Shown piece by piece: positions 1 to 33,044 of a stretch of 64,000 nt of DNA. The stretch is from Flaccisagitta enflata. Its lineage: Eukaryota. Location: NCBI GenBank assembly GCA_965153355.1, contig OZ231126.1, forward strand, positions 47,058,001 through 47,122,000, given 5' to 3'. Position 1 is the first letter of the stretch. Each line of letters starts with the position of its first letter. The position numbers and the translations under genes were made by a program. The notes beneath the pieces were generated by a model. That model worked only from the letters and a program-made list of their open reading frames with translations, did not search any database and was not told the origin of the DNA.

Positions 1-1684
1 AAAGAAATAAAATCATAAAAAAAGTAAAATGTGACCGACTGACCAACCGACTGTCGACCAACCGACCAACAAACTGACAAAGCGGGTTGTAGAGTTGCAT
101 GCACGCGACTAAAAATGTGAGAAAACAAGGCCAGATACACGACTACCAAAGTCGCATGCGGTTGGGCAGGGCATGGTTACCGACCGACCGACCGACGGAC
201 AAAGTGGGTTGTATAGTCGCGTCCAGCGACTAAAAAGGCATAATATGACACATTGATGTTGTATTGTGTCATTAGCTTTAAAGATTTCACAGAGTGAATG
301 GCTGTTTTCTCGTTTCATTCAGTAGTCATTCATCGCGTTCATACGATTAATTCAGTAGCTAGATTTCGTGACTCAACCCTTAGCTTCCATGAGTTATAGA
401 TCTCGTCTTTAAGTCAATGGTTAGAAAAATATCTGCTCATTCCTTTTCCATGTTTTAGATGAATTATTGTAGTCGTTAGATGCCCATTGTGTATCTCCTC
501 GCCATTTCATTTCCAAGCGTTATTTTGATACTAGCTCATTCTCAATCCTTTCTATCCCATTTAGATTCAATGTTGTACCAAGATCAAGAACCGTGTTGTG
601 TATGGGCCTTTTTATTACCGCATATTTAGAAGTCAGAGCCGTCAACGATTCCATATTTGTCTTTCTCCCGTTTGCTACGAGCAGAAGAGGCTAAGGTGCT
701 TTAAGTTATTCTTGAGTCACAGGTGACATTCTGAAGTCAGTTCTGAAGTTAGAATCAATTGTCGAGAGGAGGTCAAGGCCGCGCTGATCGAGCGAGCAAC
801 GAGACAATCATGGTGTCCCATTTGCTAAGTCGTATGATTAAAGTAATACCACTGAACGAATTTATGTAAATGGTGTAAATATTTCCTTTTTAGGGAGATG
901 AAAAACAAAAGGTCTCGAGATGCCCAGCGGGAAAAGTGAATGCTGATTCCCATTTCCCATCGGGAATCAGCAATTTTTCCGTACAAAATAGGAGAAAGTC
1001 TAAAATTGGATAAATATCTAGCAAAAATGGCGATAATTATCTGAAATTCGCTAGAATTCGCTAAATTAGCTAGGGGTTTTGAAAAAATCGCTAAATAATT
1101 CGCTAGGAGCTAGATGAGCAATTCTTGTCGCTAGGAGGGTCCAAAATTCGCTAGAAACAGCGACAAAATCGCCAAGTTTACAGCAGAAGTTCAGCTTGAA
1201 CTCGAGTCAAGTCCTGAAACAAGTCCTGAGGGAGTTAGAAAGACGGAACATCTCAATTTCTCAAGGAAAAAGGGTGTTTTTTTTTACTTGTTTCAATCTG
1301 GAACACTGACTGTATTTCTCAACGCAATCAAAGTTCCTTGGCAAAGCATCGATTAGAATTAGGCATGAATAAATTTTCTAACAAACCAGCCACCCGACGC
1401 TAGCTTTTCAGCCTTACCTTACGTGTATGATACCATAGAATTATCCAAACGCTGTGAAAATACCAATTCGTGAGTATCTGCTATATGCAAATGAGCTTAT
1501 AAGTTATAAATCGCGAAATACGACGCAAGTGTCTCAGGCAATAGTGAGACGATTAGCGAATATTTTCCTTTGGGTTCGAATGACCCAATAATCAATGACC
1601 GCTTTATCTTCTCTTTACCACTCAGTTTTCGTTTCCGATCTCACTTCGGATTCAACAAGAACACCGGAAAAACAATCGTGGGCA

Positions 1685-20266
<18,582 letters not shown>

Positions 20267-22457
20267 TACTCGCTACTCATGGTGGGTAGTCATTAACGAT
20301 AAGAACGGAAAGACATTGGACGACTCTTTTAACGTGTCGTGAATTGTGCTACACAGTTCAGTACTAAGTGAGTACTGAGGCGAAGAAACGCGTGGACTGT
20401 ATGTGCTGCGGTAATCACTTACATTGACACGTACCGGCTGGGCAACGCTTCTACCGCTTTATCTTACTATCTTTTTTCTCTCCTGCTATCAATTCCACAC
20501 ATATTTTCAAATTTACCATCTTATGGCATTTTATCAGCGTAGTTGTTCACTCTCTTTTTATCGTCTGTGATTTACAGTTTAGCGCCGTCGCCCCCCCTCC
20601 CCCCTTTTCGATCATCCACTCCGTATCCAATCCTACTTTTCGAATCGAATCGACCCGCTAAACAACATGATCTTGTTAAAATACTCCCCAATTAGGGAAT
20701 GTGGATAAAGTTTGATTGTGTTTACGAAACGATCTGTCCAATTATTTAGTGCCTTCAACGGCGAACTGATTACAGTAGTACCAACCCGTTATTAAAGCAT
20801 ATGCTTTATTCTTAACCATTTTACATTATTTAGATGACCTCGAAGCGTCTTTTAAGGCAACGTGAGAAAACCTGAAGCAACTGCTAGTCACTACAATTAT
20901 ATACAACCTCGAGAAATTCATGCCAATTAAATTAAGTTACGAAACTTCGTATAATTCATTGATATTGTGTTATCTTTTCGATTGCTAATTTGGTCATTCT
21001 ATGCTATAGCATATAAGCGCAACCTTCTACAATTTACAAAATACTATCTTCACAAAAAAAATCTTCCCACCTGAAAACTACCATCAACTTTGAAAAAAAC
21101 CTGCTCTAAAACGAACAAATTTTTAACAACCAGATTAGTCCCATTTGAAAGATTTGTTTCAACTCATTAATATAAGATCAATCTGCAATCAGTAACTTTG
21201 TTAGTTAAAAAATAGCAAATTTTCAAAGTTGATACTTGTTTTGAGGCGGGAAGATTTTATTTGTTCAGATAGTATTACGTCAAAAGTTTCATAGTCTCTA
21301 CACAAGCCTCAGCGATACCCGTTACCCCAACCCCACATCTCGGAGTCTTTGTATATTCTACTTAAATGATAAGATTCGTTCGCTTAAGAGACTTAAGTCG
21401 TGACCTCGCTGATGGTTGGTCGGTTGGTCCATAGCGCCAGAGCTGGAAAGCGTCAAAAAACGCATTTCCACCGGGCTGCCCCCCCCCTCCGGTCCGCGAC
21501 GATGTTTCCCCGCTTTAAGTTTTCATTGCCTCCCAACATATTACAAGAACTAAAATATGTTCTGCCTGATCCGTCAGACTTCGGGATCTTCCCAAGTCAA
21601 GTGACAGGGGTAACCATTATCATAACTATCAGGATGCGTAGTACTAAGTTTCTTCCTTAATTCTTGGGTAAAACAGAATTTTAACAGAATTTAACAGAAT
21701 TTTTATCTGCTCTTTAACTTTGATTTGAGACCAAATTGTAGCAAATTTTGATCCATTGAAGAGAGATTCGTATTTTTGGCAATGAAAACTCAGTCGACCT
21801 TTCAACCCCTTTGGCGTTTTCTTTCAGCGGATATGCTTTTTACGTTGTACAAAATCCGGACTACGTTTGCGCTTCATCATTTTGTAAATTTGCTGAGATT
21901 ATCCCTATGCAAAAATAGCGCCATCTTTTCAAAGGTACTAACGCTACTCACTAGTGCCGGGATTGATATTTTTCATTCGATATTAAACGTTGCCTATGTC
22001 CGACTTCTGTCAAGAAATTAATTGACTTCTGTGTCAGATAACTAGGTAGCTTATCAATAGAAATAGATATAAATATTAGCCACTCCAAAAAAGACAGGCT
22101 CTCCTAGCATAGCTGAGCCGAGGACTACCATATTACCGATAATCATAACCATACTAGAACAATTGTATAATAAAACAAACTACAAAGTGTAAAAGAGTCA
22201 GAGATTGTATTCGCGATTTCTATTTGACGGGAATCAGCAGTTGACAATTTTATCGGGTTCATTCAAAGGGATTCATTCAAGGGGATTCATTCAAAGGGAT
22301 CATTTGATGGTGATCATTGAATGGGAGTCAATTGATTACACCGCGTCCAAATCGTTTTGAGCAGCTAGAGAGATAAAGAGGCAGATGCCGAGAGTGAAAA
22401 TTATCACACATATAGAAGGCCCTCAGGCCGCGGGTATCCGAAACAACTGTCGTATCG

Positions 22458-25400
22458 CTATCTAGAGCCATCCAGTTTTATTTGATTAGTCAAAGTAGAA
22501 TGAAGTTGGTCCATGATCGCCACGACGTCGGTCAACTCTTGAGAAACCTGTAGAAAAGTGATAAGTGATTATGATCCACGTGCATACAGAAAAATCTGAT
22601 TGCAACACAGAATCAGAATCAGAATCGTTACGTAGTCTTTTGTCCAAAATCAGATTAAGATGGTTTTGAATATTATTCCAAGGCCAACACCTTAACAGTA
22701 GATTCTGTCTAGACTTAAGAAAACGGGGGCAAGCATTGTGAATAGTCGCAAAAGCGTTAGATGGTCAGCGGTACCCGTTGCCCCTATGTGAGTATATGTG
22801 GGTATGAGGTGGTTAGAGGGGCAGCGGCCCCGAAGGAGCCGATGACCTATGCTTAGTAAGACCCTGGGATTCAGGCTAGGATTCGGGCCTCAAGGCTGGG
22901 ATTTGGCCCTCCAGGCTGGAATTTTGGCCTTTAGGCTGGGTCTTTATCTCAAGGCTGGGTTTTAGGCCTCAAGGCTGGAATTTTGGCCTTTAGGCTGGTA
23001 TTTGAGCCTCAAGCCTGGGGTTTGGGCCTCAAGGCTGGGATCTGGGCCTCAAAGCTAGGTTTTGGGCTTCAAGGCAATGTTTTGGGCCACAAGGCTAGGA
23101 TTTGAGCCTCAAGGTTGGGTTTTGAGCCCAAAGGCTAGGATTTGGGCCTCAAGGCTGGGATTTAGGCCTTGAGGCTAGGATTTAGGCCTCAAGGCTGGGA
23201 TTTGGGCCGCAAGGCTCGGATTTGAGCCTCAAGGCCCCGATTTGGGCCTCAAGGCCAGGATTTGGGCCATCAGGCGGGGGGGGGGGTACGGACGAAGAAG
23301 GAGGAGAAATTTCTGCATATGTGAAAGCATAGGTCATCGGCCCCTTCGGGGCCGCTGCCCAAAAAAGGAAGATAAACCAGGGGAGTGATGTTTGGGAAAT
23401 AGATTAGTGAAAGAGTACTCTATTCCCCATGATGGCTGGTTGCCATGGAAACATTCCCATGTATTGTCGCTAAAATATCAATACTATGACAGATTTTTAG
23501 TTGTGTGCTATGCGACTCTACACCCTGCTTTGTTGGCCGGTTGGTCGGTCGGTCGGTTGGTTGGTCCCCTTATAACTTTTTTGGCGTTCTTTAGGATTTT
23601 GAGCTCACAGCTCCTTCCCACATGCCATAATAAGTCATTCCAAGTAATTTTAAGTTATATTAAGTCATATTAAGTCACTAAAGTCAATAAGGTCAAAATG
23701 GTCATTAAAGTCATTTTATGTCATTTTAAGACATTTTAAGTCATTTCAGGTCACCTTGAGTCATTTGAAGTTAATTTAAATGATCTTAAACTATTTATAT
23801 CCCGCACGCGACTTATAGGTGTTGGCCTTGTTTTTAGAGAATTAAATATATATTTTTAAATCAAATTTGCTACAGTGGGGTTTCTGGAATAACAGCCTTG
23901 ACTGGAGGAAGGTATGTGAGTGTCTTAATTTCATTTGACAAATTTGATATTTGAAATATAAGTTAATCAATCAATCAATGCTTTTTTTCCCTGAGTTTTT
24001 CGGTTGCTATGGAAATCAAAATGTTTTTTTCAAACATTTACAACTTCAAGAATATCAATTTTTCGACAAATATTATCAGGGAACACTGCTCAGAATTAAA
24101 TTTGCTACAACTTTCCCACAATATGTTCTGTAAGAATATTGCTTGTTTGGCCGTTACTAGGGGGCATCACACCTAGCAACTGCTAAATGATGCTCCCTAG
24201 TAACAGCCAAACGGGCATTATTCTTACAGAACAATCATTACTCTTACAGAACAATTATTAATTTGCTGGGGCAAGAGGAGGGCTGTCAAAATTCTTCACC
24301 TTTTCATGCGCGGCGACCGTTTTCCGCTCTCCGACCAACTGAGCGTTTAATTCTTTGACCTTGGCATCGTTGACGCCTATTGACTGCTGAGTCCGTAACA
24401 ACAGTTCGTAGATCACTTTCATGTTTTCTATCTTCTTCTTTGTGTCGTCCTCGGTTTCAATAATCCTTGAAGGGAGGAGAAAAAAAGAGAAGACCAACTA
24501 AACTTGACCTTTCTGCTAAAAGCATTGTGTGAATGATCTCATGAACAAATGATAATCCTCTAAGGGTATGGTTTCCTAACAATGTTACCCTCGGGTGATT
24601 TGTTGAATATTTGTTACACAGGTAACAATCATTTGCACTTTACTACTTTTGTTAACGAGTTTGTTATTGGGTAAAATTGAGAAAGCAAGTTTTCCGGTTT
24701 AGTTTTATGGAAAACTAGGAGTGGTGCGCGTGTTAACTAGTCAGAGAGGGTTATAAGTTTCTCTTATTTCAGTTTGGGTATAGTGAGGGATATTGTTCCA
24801 CTTGTCATATGTACTTAGACTTTATGTCGTCGATATTCTTGCCGTGCTTCTCCATTCTAGACTGAATGTCAGCGGCGAGCTTCTTTTTCTCGGCTAGATG
24901 TTTCTCGACAATCTTGAGTTTCGCATCCGTTTTCAGATCGCCGCGAAAAAGTGGACGAAACAAATCACGATTTAAGCGATTATCACCTGAATGAGAACGA
25001 GAAGCAATATCAAGTTATAGATGAAACTAAAGATTGCATGACGAAATTTAAAACAGCGAAGTGCTGGGATTAAAGATGATTGTACGGTAACGGGTGCTTT
25101 GAACATAAAACTAATTTGCATATTGCAGCGTCTCTAGATTACTGATTAACATTTTAAACACATTATCTTCACGTCGGTGTAAAATAGGCACATATCAACA
25201 GCATCTCCCCAAACATACAAACAACCTTGCCATTAACAAAATCAGTAAAATAAAATTACAACGACGATAGAGAGATGACATTAACGATTTCAATTTCCGA
25301 CGGCGGTTAGAATGCATTGATCAGAGTATGATACAAATAAAGAACGAGCATTATGACCACGTAAGATTCGGGAAAGGCTAGCGGCATGACCCAGATTCTA

Positions 25401-28400
25401 CGAAGTTAGTTACTACCCCTCCGATCTGTAGAATCTCGGCAACTTCCGCCCGTCCAGTCATGTTAGGGAACTCTGCTGCAAATGAATTGTCCCAGTTTTT
25501 AGGTGCGACAGAGCACCTCTATAACTGGCTGTGTCCGTTGGTTGGTTGGTCGGTCGGTCGGTCGGTTGGTAACGCATTCATTCGACGTTCCACATGTCGC
25601 ACCTATTGGCCTACTTGGCCTTGTTTACACTCTACAAGAGATTGCGTCCCATGGAAGATTGGTATGGAGGAAGGTTGGTAACGCGAAATTTGAGATGACG
25701 CGAAATCGACTGGAGTAGTGATTTCTGACCGTTACCACCCCTTCCCAGCCACATTACAGCCCTCCTGCCCCAGCCCACCCACAATACTGCCTCAGCCCAC
25801 CCTCTAGCGACTACTGTATTTATCGGCGTTGTATCCGGCCTCGTCCTAATCATTGTCGATTTTCCGTCCACTTTCATCTCAAACCAAATTACTTCTCTAT
25901 CCAGTATCCACCCTCACCTTTGTCCTTTCCGCCGCTTTGACTTTGCTCTTCCTCCTCAACGGGGACGGGTAATGAAATGCGCGTTATTTCTTCTTTCGTC
26001 CCATCAGTTGGACCTTCGTTGGCGTCACTGGGGGTATTGCACAACTGTGACGCCGCATCGCTTGCCATACCATTTTTAGCTTCCGATTTGTCTACAAAAT
26101 AAAAACCGTGAATACTTCAGTGATGGATTAGGAACATAAGACGTCAATTTTCAGTTGCTGCTTGCTACCCGCAGTAACGGGCCCGAGAGTAAAGGTAGTC
26201 CGCCTATTACAGACAAGAAATCTCAGTACTTTCATGATATTCCCTTTCCTTACTAAAATTGCCGGGGTTCAACTGTATTTCTACTACAAATATCTCCAAG
26301 GACTCCACTTTTCCACAACATCCCCTATCTCCCCCCCGTCCCCCCCCCCCCACAAAAAAACAAACAAACAAAACCAAAAAGGTGAACGAACGTACCAAGG
26401 ACAGCGGGTGCGATCGTCTCTTCGCTCAGTCGCAAACCAACGTCGGACGACGACGGCGTCGGCGTCGCTGATTTGGAATTGGGACCTTTGTCACGAGCGG
26501 CGTCACCCGGCGTTCTAATGGGAGGTGGCGCGGTATTAGACGCCGGTACGATGGGCGATAGAAAAGTCACGACGCGAATGGCGCCCGCATCGGCGGCGAC
26601 GTCGAGCGCCGTTTTCCCTCGTAAATTTGCAGACTTGAAGACGTCGTCGACGATACCCAACTTTTTGCAAAGTTCGTAGGTCCTCCGTAAAATTGGCAAG
26701 CAATCGCCCAAGCGAGACAGCTCGTGAACACAAGTATTCCCCTCGGAATTTCGGAGCTGCGCAAGAAAATTGGTAGATTATCGGGTACATGATGAATTTG
26801 TTATACTTTCCGTCAGGCGTGTATAATGTTGAGAGGTTTGGAGATGGGGAAGAAAATCAAAAGCTTGAAAAAAAGAAATTTTTTGAAGATTTAACAGTTT
26901 TGGCAGTATTAAAAGATGAGATGTAATTACTACAACACAATTTAACACTATTAAAACCTCAAATATACTGTATTATAGCTTTGAGGGTAAAAAAATAAAA
27001 GATTTTATAATACGACGCGACAAATGCAGGGGGGGGAATAAAATCAAATGCCACTCAACTTTATACACCCCTGCTTTCCGTTTGCTTTTGTGTTTGGCGA
27101 GGTTAACATCAGTTGAAACGCTTAACCCACCTGGAGAACCACCTTCTGCGTGTCCTCGTCGTAATAATCGGTGAGACGGTCGAAAATCTTTCTCACGCAA
27201 GCGAGGAAGAAGGATTTGTCAGATGTGTCCTGCGACGCCCTCGAACATGCGCAAATAAGAATGCTAGTCGGCCTGTCGGTGCTGTCCATGGTGGCTCGCG
27301 TCAATTCAGAGGGCATCAATTCCATCATTTCCCTACAGACAAAGGAATATGTTTCGTTCTGATTGCATATGTGTATATAATCAATTATTCATAGAATGAA
27401 CATTTACGTTTTTCATTCACAAGATTTTTCAGAACTCATAATCATACAATCCAGGGTTTACTAACTTGAAAATCCGTATTCTCTCATTGATTTTACGAAC
27501 GGCGCAATCGATGTTGAGAAGACATTGCATCAATGGAGAGCAGATAGGTTTCGCGAAATCGCCAAATCCTTTGGTTAGCATCCAGCGGACCAAACTGACG
27601 CAACCACTGACTGTTTAAAAGAAAAAGGGGGGGGGGGAGAGAAATTGCAGTTTTGCTTTGGCAATTCGGGGAAGACAACGCTGCTAGGTAGTTTTCAAAC
27701 AACAAGGCCAACACCTTACAGTCGCGTGCGGTTGTTACGTTGTTGAGACCAAAAGACTAAATGACTAAGAGACTAAAAATCTGAACAGTATCTGGGTCCG
27801 CGACGGAAGGGGGTTAAAGATCACCAATTCCGTAAGATCGCTATGACCGAAAGATCGCTAACCCTGTAAGTTTGCTAAAACTATAAGTATTTACATTTAG
27901 AGCCACCATACAAAGTTTCATGCAAATCCGTTGAAAAATGACAAAGTTATGCACATTTTTCACTTTTAGGCTAGTAGGGTGGTTGGGTGGTAGGCTGGTT
28001 TAGATAAATAGTGTGCGTTTGTTGAGTTCTTCCATTTAGAGACTCCATACCAAGTTTCAACCAATTTGGTTGAAAAATGTCAATTGTAAGTTTTTACTTT
28101 TAGGCGGTAAGCTGGTTGGGGGGTAGGTTGGTTTGGCCGGTTAGCATGCTCAACCATTAAAAAATCACATGTGTTGAGTCCTTCCATTTAGAGACTCCAT
28201 ACCAAATTTCAACCAAATTGGTTGAAAAACGCCAATATGCATATTTATCACTTTTTGGCTGGTAGGCTGGTTGGGTGGTAGGCTGGTTTGACAGGATAAA
28301 TAGTGCATATGTTGAGTTCTTCCATTTAGAGACCCCATACCAAGTTTCAACAAATTAGTTGAAAAATGACTAAGTTATGCAAGTTTTTCACTTTTGGGGT

Positions 28401-30021
28401 TGGCTGGTTGGGTAGTAGGTCAGTTTAATGTTAGCATGCTCAAATGCATATAAATCACATGTTGAGTCCTTCCATTTAGGACTCCATACTAAATTTCAAC
28501 CAAATTGGTTGAAAAACGCCAAAGATATGCATATTTATCACTTTTTGGCTGGTAGGCTGGTTGGGTGGTAGGCTGGTTTGACAGGATAAATAGTACGCAT
28601 ATGTTGAGTTCTTCCATTTAGAGAGCCCCATACAAGTTTCAACCAAATTAGTTGAAAAATAGAAGTTATGCAAGTTTTTCACTTTTAGGCCGGTTGGCTA
28701 GTTGGGTGGTAGGTCGGTTTGGCCGTTAACATGCTCAAATGCATATAAATCACACACACATGTTGAGTCCTTCCATTTAGAGACTCCATACCAAATTTCA
28801 GCCAAATCGGTTGAAAAATGCCAAAGTTATGCATGTTTTTCACTTTTAGGCCGGTAGGCTGGTTGGGCCGGTTGGGTTGGTCGGATCACAAAAATCGGAT
28901 AGGATGTAAAGCGCCTTACCCTAGCACAACTTCCCACCAAATATGAACCAAATCGGTCAAAGCATAAAAAAGTTATCCATTTTTTAAAATCCGGGACGAC
29001 AACGACGACGACGACGACGACGACACCCACCCGCCTTGAATTATAGTCCGCGTCGGAATGATATTCCGTCGCGGACAAAAATCTGATCAGTATCTGGGTC
29101 CGCGACGGAAGGGGGTTAAAGATCACCAAATCCGTAGGATCGCTATGACCAAAAGATCGCTAACCCTGTAAGTTCGCTAAAACTATAAGTTTTTACATTT
29201 AGAGCCGCCATACAAAGTTTCATGCAAATCCGTTGAAAAATGAAAAAGTTACGCACATTTTTCACTTTTAGGCTAGTAGGGTAGTTGGGTGGTAGGCTGG
29301 TTTAGATAAATAGTGTGCGTGTGTTGAGTTCTTCCATTTAGAGACTCCATACCAAGTTTCAACCAAATCAGTTGAAAAATGACAAAGTTACGCAAGTTTT
29401 TCACTTTAAGGCCGGTTGGCTGGTTGGGGGTGGTAGGTCGGTTTGGCCATTAGCATGCTCAAATGCATATAAATCATATACATATGTTGAGGCCTTCCAT
29501 TTAGAGACTCCATACCAAATTTCAGCCAAATCGGTTGAAAAATGCCAAAGATTATACACGTTTTCACTTTTAGGCCAGTAGGCTGGTTGGGTGGTAGGCT
29601 GGTTTAACAGGATAAATAGTTTGCATATGCTGAGTCCTTCCATTTAGAGACTCCATACCAAGTTTCAGCAAATCAGTTGAAAAATGACAAAGTTACGCAA
29701 GTTTTCACTTTTAGGCCGGTTGGCTGGTTGGGTGGTAGGTCGGTTTGGCCGGTTAGCATGCTCAAATAAACTCATATATACATGTTGAGGCCTTCCATTT
29801 AGAGACTCCATACCAAATTTCAGCCAAATTGGTTGAAAAATGAGTTATGCATGTTTTTCACTTTTAGGCCGGTAGGCTGGTTGGGCCGGTTGGGTTGGTC
29901 GGATCACAAAAATCGGATAGGATGTAAAGCGCCTTACCCTAGCACAACTTCCCACCAAATATGAACCAAATCGGTCAAAGCATAAAAAAGTTATCCATTT
30001 TTTAAAATCCGTTACAACGAC

Positions 30022-30053
<32 letters not shown>

Positions 30054-33044
30054 CGACACCCACCCGCCTTGAATTATAGTCCGCGTCGGAATGATATTCC
30101 GTCGCGGACAAAAAGCTTAAAAACAACAGTCCTCGACTGAAATCTATTTGGTGTCCGACCCGGCTACTCAGTCTGACCCGGCTACTCAGTCTGACCCGGC
30201 TACTCAGTCTGACCCGGCTACTCAGTCTGACCCGGCTACTCAGTCTGACCCGGCTACTCAGTCTGACCCGGCTACTCAGTCTGACCCGGCTACTCAGTCT
30301 GACCCGGCTACTCAGTCTGACCCGGCTACTCAGTCTGATCCGGCTACTCAGTCTGACCCGGCTACTCAGTCTGACCCGGCTACTCAGTCTGACCCGGCTA
30401 CTCAGTCTGACCCGGCTACTCAGTCTGACCCGGCTACTCAGTCTGACCCGGCTACTCAGTCTGACCCGGCTACTCAGTCTGACCCGGCTACTCAGTCTGA
30501 CCCGGCTACTCAGTCTGACCCGGCTACTCAGTCTGACCCGGCTTCTCAGTCTGACCCGGCTTCTCAGTCTGACCCGGCTACTCAGTCTGACCCGGCTACT
30601 CAGTCTGACCCGGCTACTCAGTCTGACCCGGCTACTCAGTCTGACCCGGCTACTCAGTCTGACCCGGCTACTCAGTCTGACCCGGCTACTCAGTCTGACC
30701 CGGCTACTCAGTCTGACCCGGCTACTCAGTCTGACCCGGCTACTCAGTCTGACCCGGCTACCAATTGCATACCTTAAAGTCCATGATGGCATACCTTGAA
30801 GTTCATGGTGGCATACCTTGCAGCCTATGATGGCATACCTTGAAGCCCATGATGGCATTCCTTGAAGTCCATGAAAGCATACCTTATAATCCAACAAAAA
30901 AAAACAAAAAATTTTCAATTTTTCAAAAAAAAAAAATTTCCAAAAAAAAATTAAATTTTTTCTTAAAAGAAAAAAAATATTTAAAAAAAAAAAAGAAAAA
31001 ATATTTTCAAAAAAGAAAAAATTTTCAAAAATTTTTCAAAAATTTTTTTCAAAAAAAAAAATAAAAAAAAGTTCTTTTTTTTTTTAAATTTTGAAGTCCA
31101 AGAAATAATGTTACTAGATACATCATAAATACCCTTATATTTTCTTAACCAATACTCAGAATTTACTAAAATCTTGCAGGGGAGCTTTAATTGATGCAAT
31201 GAACCTTCACAACAAGTTTGAACAACATTGGTGAACCTTTACTACCATTCCCCTACGTAAATTGCACAAGTCTAGGAATTAATATTATTAGCAAAATACC
31301 CTTATATCTTCTAAACCAATACTCAGAATTATCTGAAATCTTGCAGGGGAGCTTTAATTGATGCAATAAACCATCACAACAAGTTTGAACAACATTGGTG
31401 AACCTTTATTACCCTTCCCCTATGTAAATTGCACTAGTCCAGGAATTAATATTACTACAAAAATAATAGGCAAAGGGTATTAAATATTTATGAATGTTGT
31501 TAAAAGTTGGTACACAGGTTAGTAACGCCCTTAAAATAATACTGACCAAGTTTCATCAACATCTGAGTTGTGGTTCTCAAGTTTTTAAGGGTTGACACAA
31601 ACGACGACGACTAACTACACGATCAAGGCTATGTTATAGTCCTCGACGTAAACTGATCGTCGAGGACAAAAACTTACACAGTGCAAAATGGCCAAAATGA
31701 CCAAAATGACTTTAAATAACTTAAAACAACTTAAAATGACGTAAAACGATGTAAAAAGCTAAGTATGACAAACCGACAGACGGACAGATCGGGTCATAGA
31801 GTAGCTTGCACGCGACTTAAAAGGTCTAACTGACCTACGAACTTACGGATGGGCAGACGGAGGAGATGTATTAAAGAATCTGAAATGGCCGAGTAGCTAG
31901 GCGAATACGTGCGCCTGATTGAGTGCTCGACGGACAGACATGATCTTTTAAAAGACGTGCTTTGTTGCACGAAAAAATCAAACAGACATCAAGAAAAGAA
32001 AAGACGATTTGTAAACGAAATACCTGCCGCCGTATGCAGAAGAGGATAATAATATTCCTTCATCTTGGCCATTTCGTTGATTTCCCGAGTTCGATTCCAA
32101 CCATCGGCCGACCTCGTTTCCCAATCGGCGACGACGGACTCGAAGGCACTCAACGCCGAAGACTCGCGACTCGCACACTCCTCGCTCTTCGAAGGCGCCG
32201 AAGACGTGGATGAAGAGAGGCTGCCGATGCAGGACGACAAAGCGCGAAGCAGAGGATGATGAGTCTCCACGTCGCATTTGTTCTCGCAAAAAGGTAAATG
32301 ACAAGTGGATGTAGATTCAGTCGGGGGACGAGGGGAAACGGAGCGGGATGACGAGGAGGATATCGCGATGACTTCGGGAACGGCGGCGGGGTTGGCGTCG
32401 AATGTCATCGACTTGGCGGCGCCGTCACTAGACGCTAATGAAGGAATGTCCGAAGTCATAGGCGTGGACGGTGGTGTCGAGACACTGCCTCTATTTGAGT
32501 TTAAAAGCGAGGAGAAGATGTTATAAGGAACTGGGGAGGCGGTCGAAGACTCCGATCGCGATCCGCCGGCGTCGGCGCTATCAATCGCGGAATCGGCCGT
32601 CGTCAATTGCAAGAGACGTCTCTTTCTCGGAGGTGGTTGATCCAACGCCTCCACTTCCTCTGCGGGAACCACTAGAGTCGGTTTTTGGTCGACGTAATGA
32701 CCGAACAACGGTTTTTGGTCGACAAAATTACTTACCAACTGTGGTTTTGGGTCGACGAAATCCCGCGATGAAGAGGAAGAGTCTTCAGAGGGGAGAGAGA
32801 GTCGATCACCAAACCCTCGAGTATCATTCGCATCCTCTTCCGGTGGATCGACGATGACGCAACTTTCATCGGGATCCTGAATGTCCGAAGTGTCTGAAAG
32901 TTCGATCGTTTCGAGTTCCAGGGTTTGTGCCCCAGTCATAGGAGTCATGGTAACGGGCGTCACATTCCCGTCGCATGAAACGGACGCGATAGAATTAGTT
33001 TGGGCAAAATCCGGCACCGGCGCCGATGTTGGCGTCGATTCCAT
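22458..33044 (-). CDS. Ankyrin-repeat protein with disordered N-terminus and C-terminal coiled coil (8 exons)
   Basis: Phase-consistent exons 33044-32024, 27610-27466, 27332-27131, 26756-26396, 26091-25918, 24986-24815, 24465-24300, 22547-22458. Motifs YPLLHTAAVSGCVSLVRWML, NSEGNTCVHELSRLG, NLRGKTALDVAADAGAIRVVTFL; heptad-rich tail ending ...KLDGSR*. Confidence 0.85.
22818..23362. mobile_element. Short interspersed repeat with GGGCAGCGGCCCC inverted ends and internal 20-bp tandem repeats
   Basis: Unit GGGCCTCAAGGCTGGGATTT repeated; related copies near 12060-12190, 40790-41300 and 61250-61450. Confidence 0.75.
27775..30114 (+). mobile_element. Two head-to-tail family A Helentron/DINE-like elements (27775-29081, 29077-30114)
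   Basis: Each starts aaaaatctga..cagtatctgggtccgcgacgga and ends with the hairpin gtccgcgtcggaatgatattccgtcgcggac plus A5; the copies share the A5 junction. Confidence 0.8.
30110..31672 (+). mobile_element. Family B Helentron/DINE-like element containing an 18-bp minisatellite
   Basis: Starts aaaagctt..agtcctcgac, ends with the hairpin agtcctcgacgtaaactgatcgtcgaggac plus A5; 21-bp and ~120-bp internal repeats. Confidence 0.7.
30153..30761. repeat. 18-bp minisatellite GTCTGACCCGGCTACTCA, about 34 near-perfect copies
   Basis: Directly visible; only a few variant units; no spacers. Confidence 0.98.

Noticed and set aside
560-945. Possible upstream coding exons of the plus-strand gene
   Set aside because: Splice-like sites exist but I could not build a consistent open frame; may be UTR.
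24126-24233. Imperfect ~110-bp palindrome as a structured ncRNA
   Set aside because: Intronic with no family motif; more likely the centre of a decayed MITE.
30153-30761. Regular short repeat array resembling CRISPR; ORFs (SSRVRL)n and (SDPATQ)n
   Set aside because: Contiguous 18-bp units with no spacers, eukaryotic context, inside a transposon-like element; the ORFs result from a stop-free unit.
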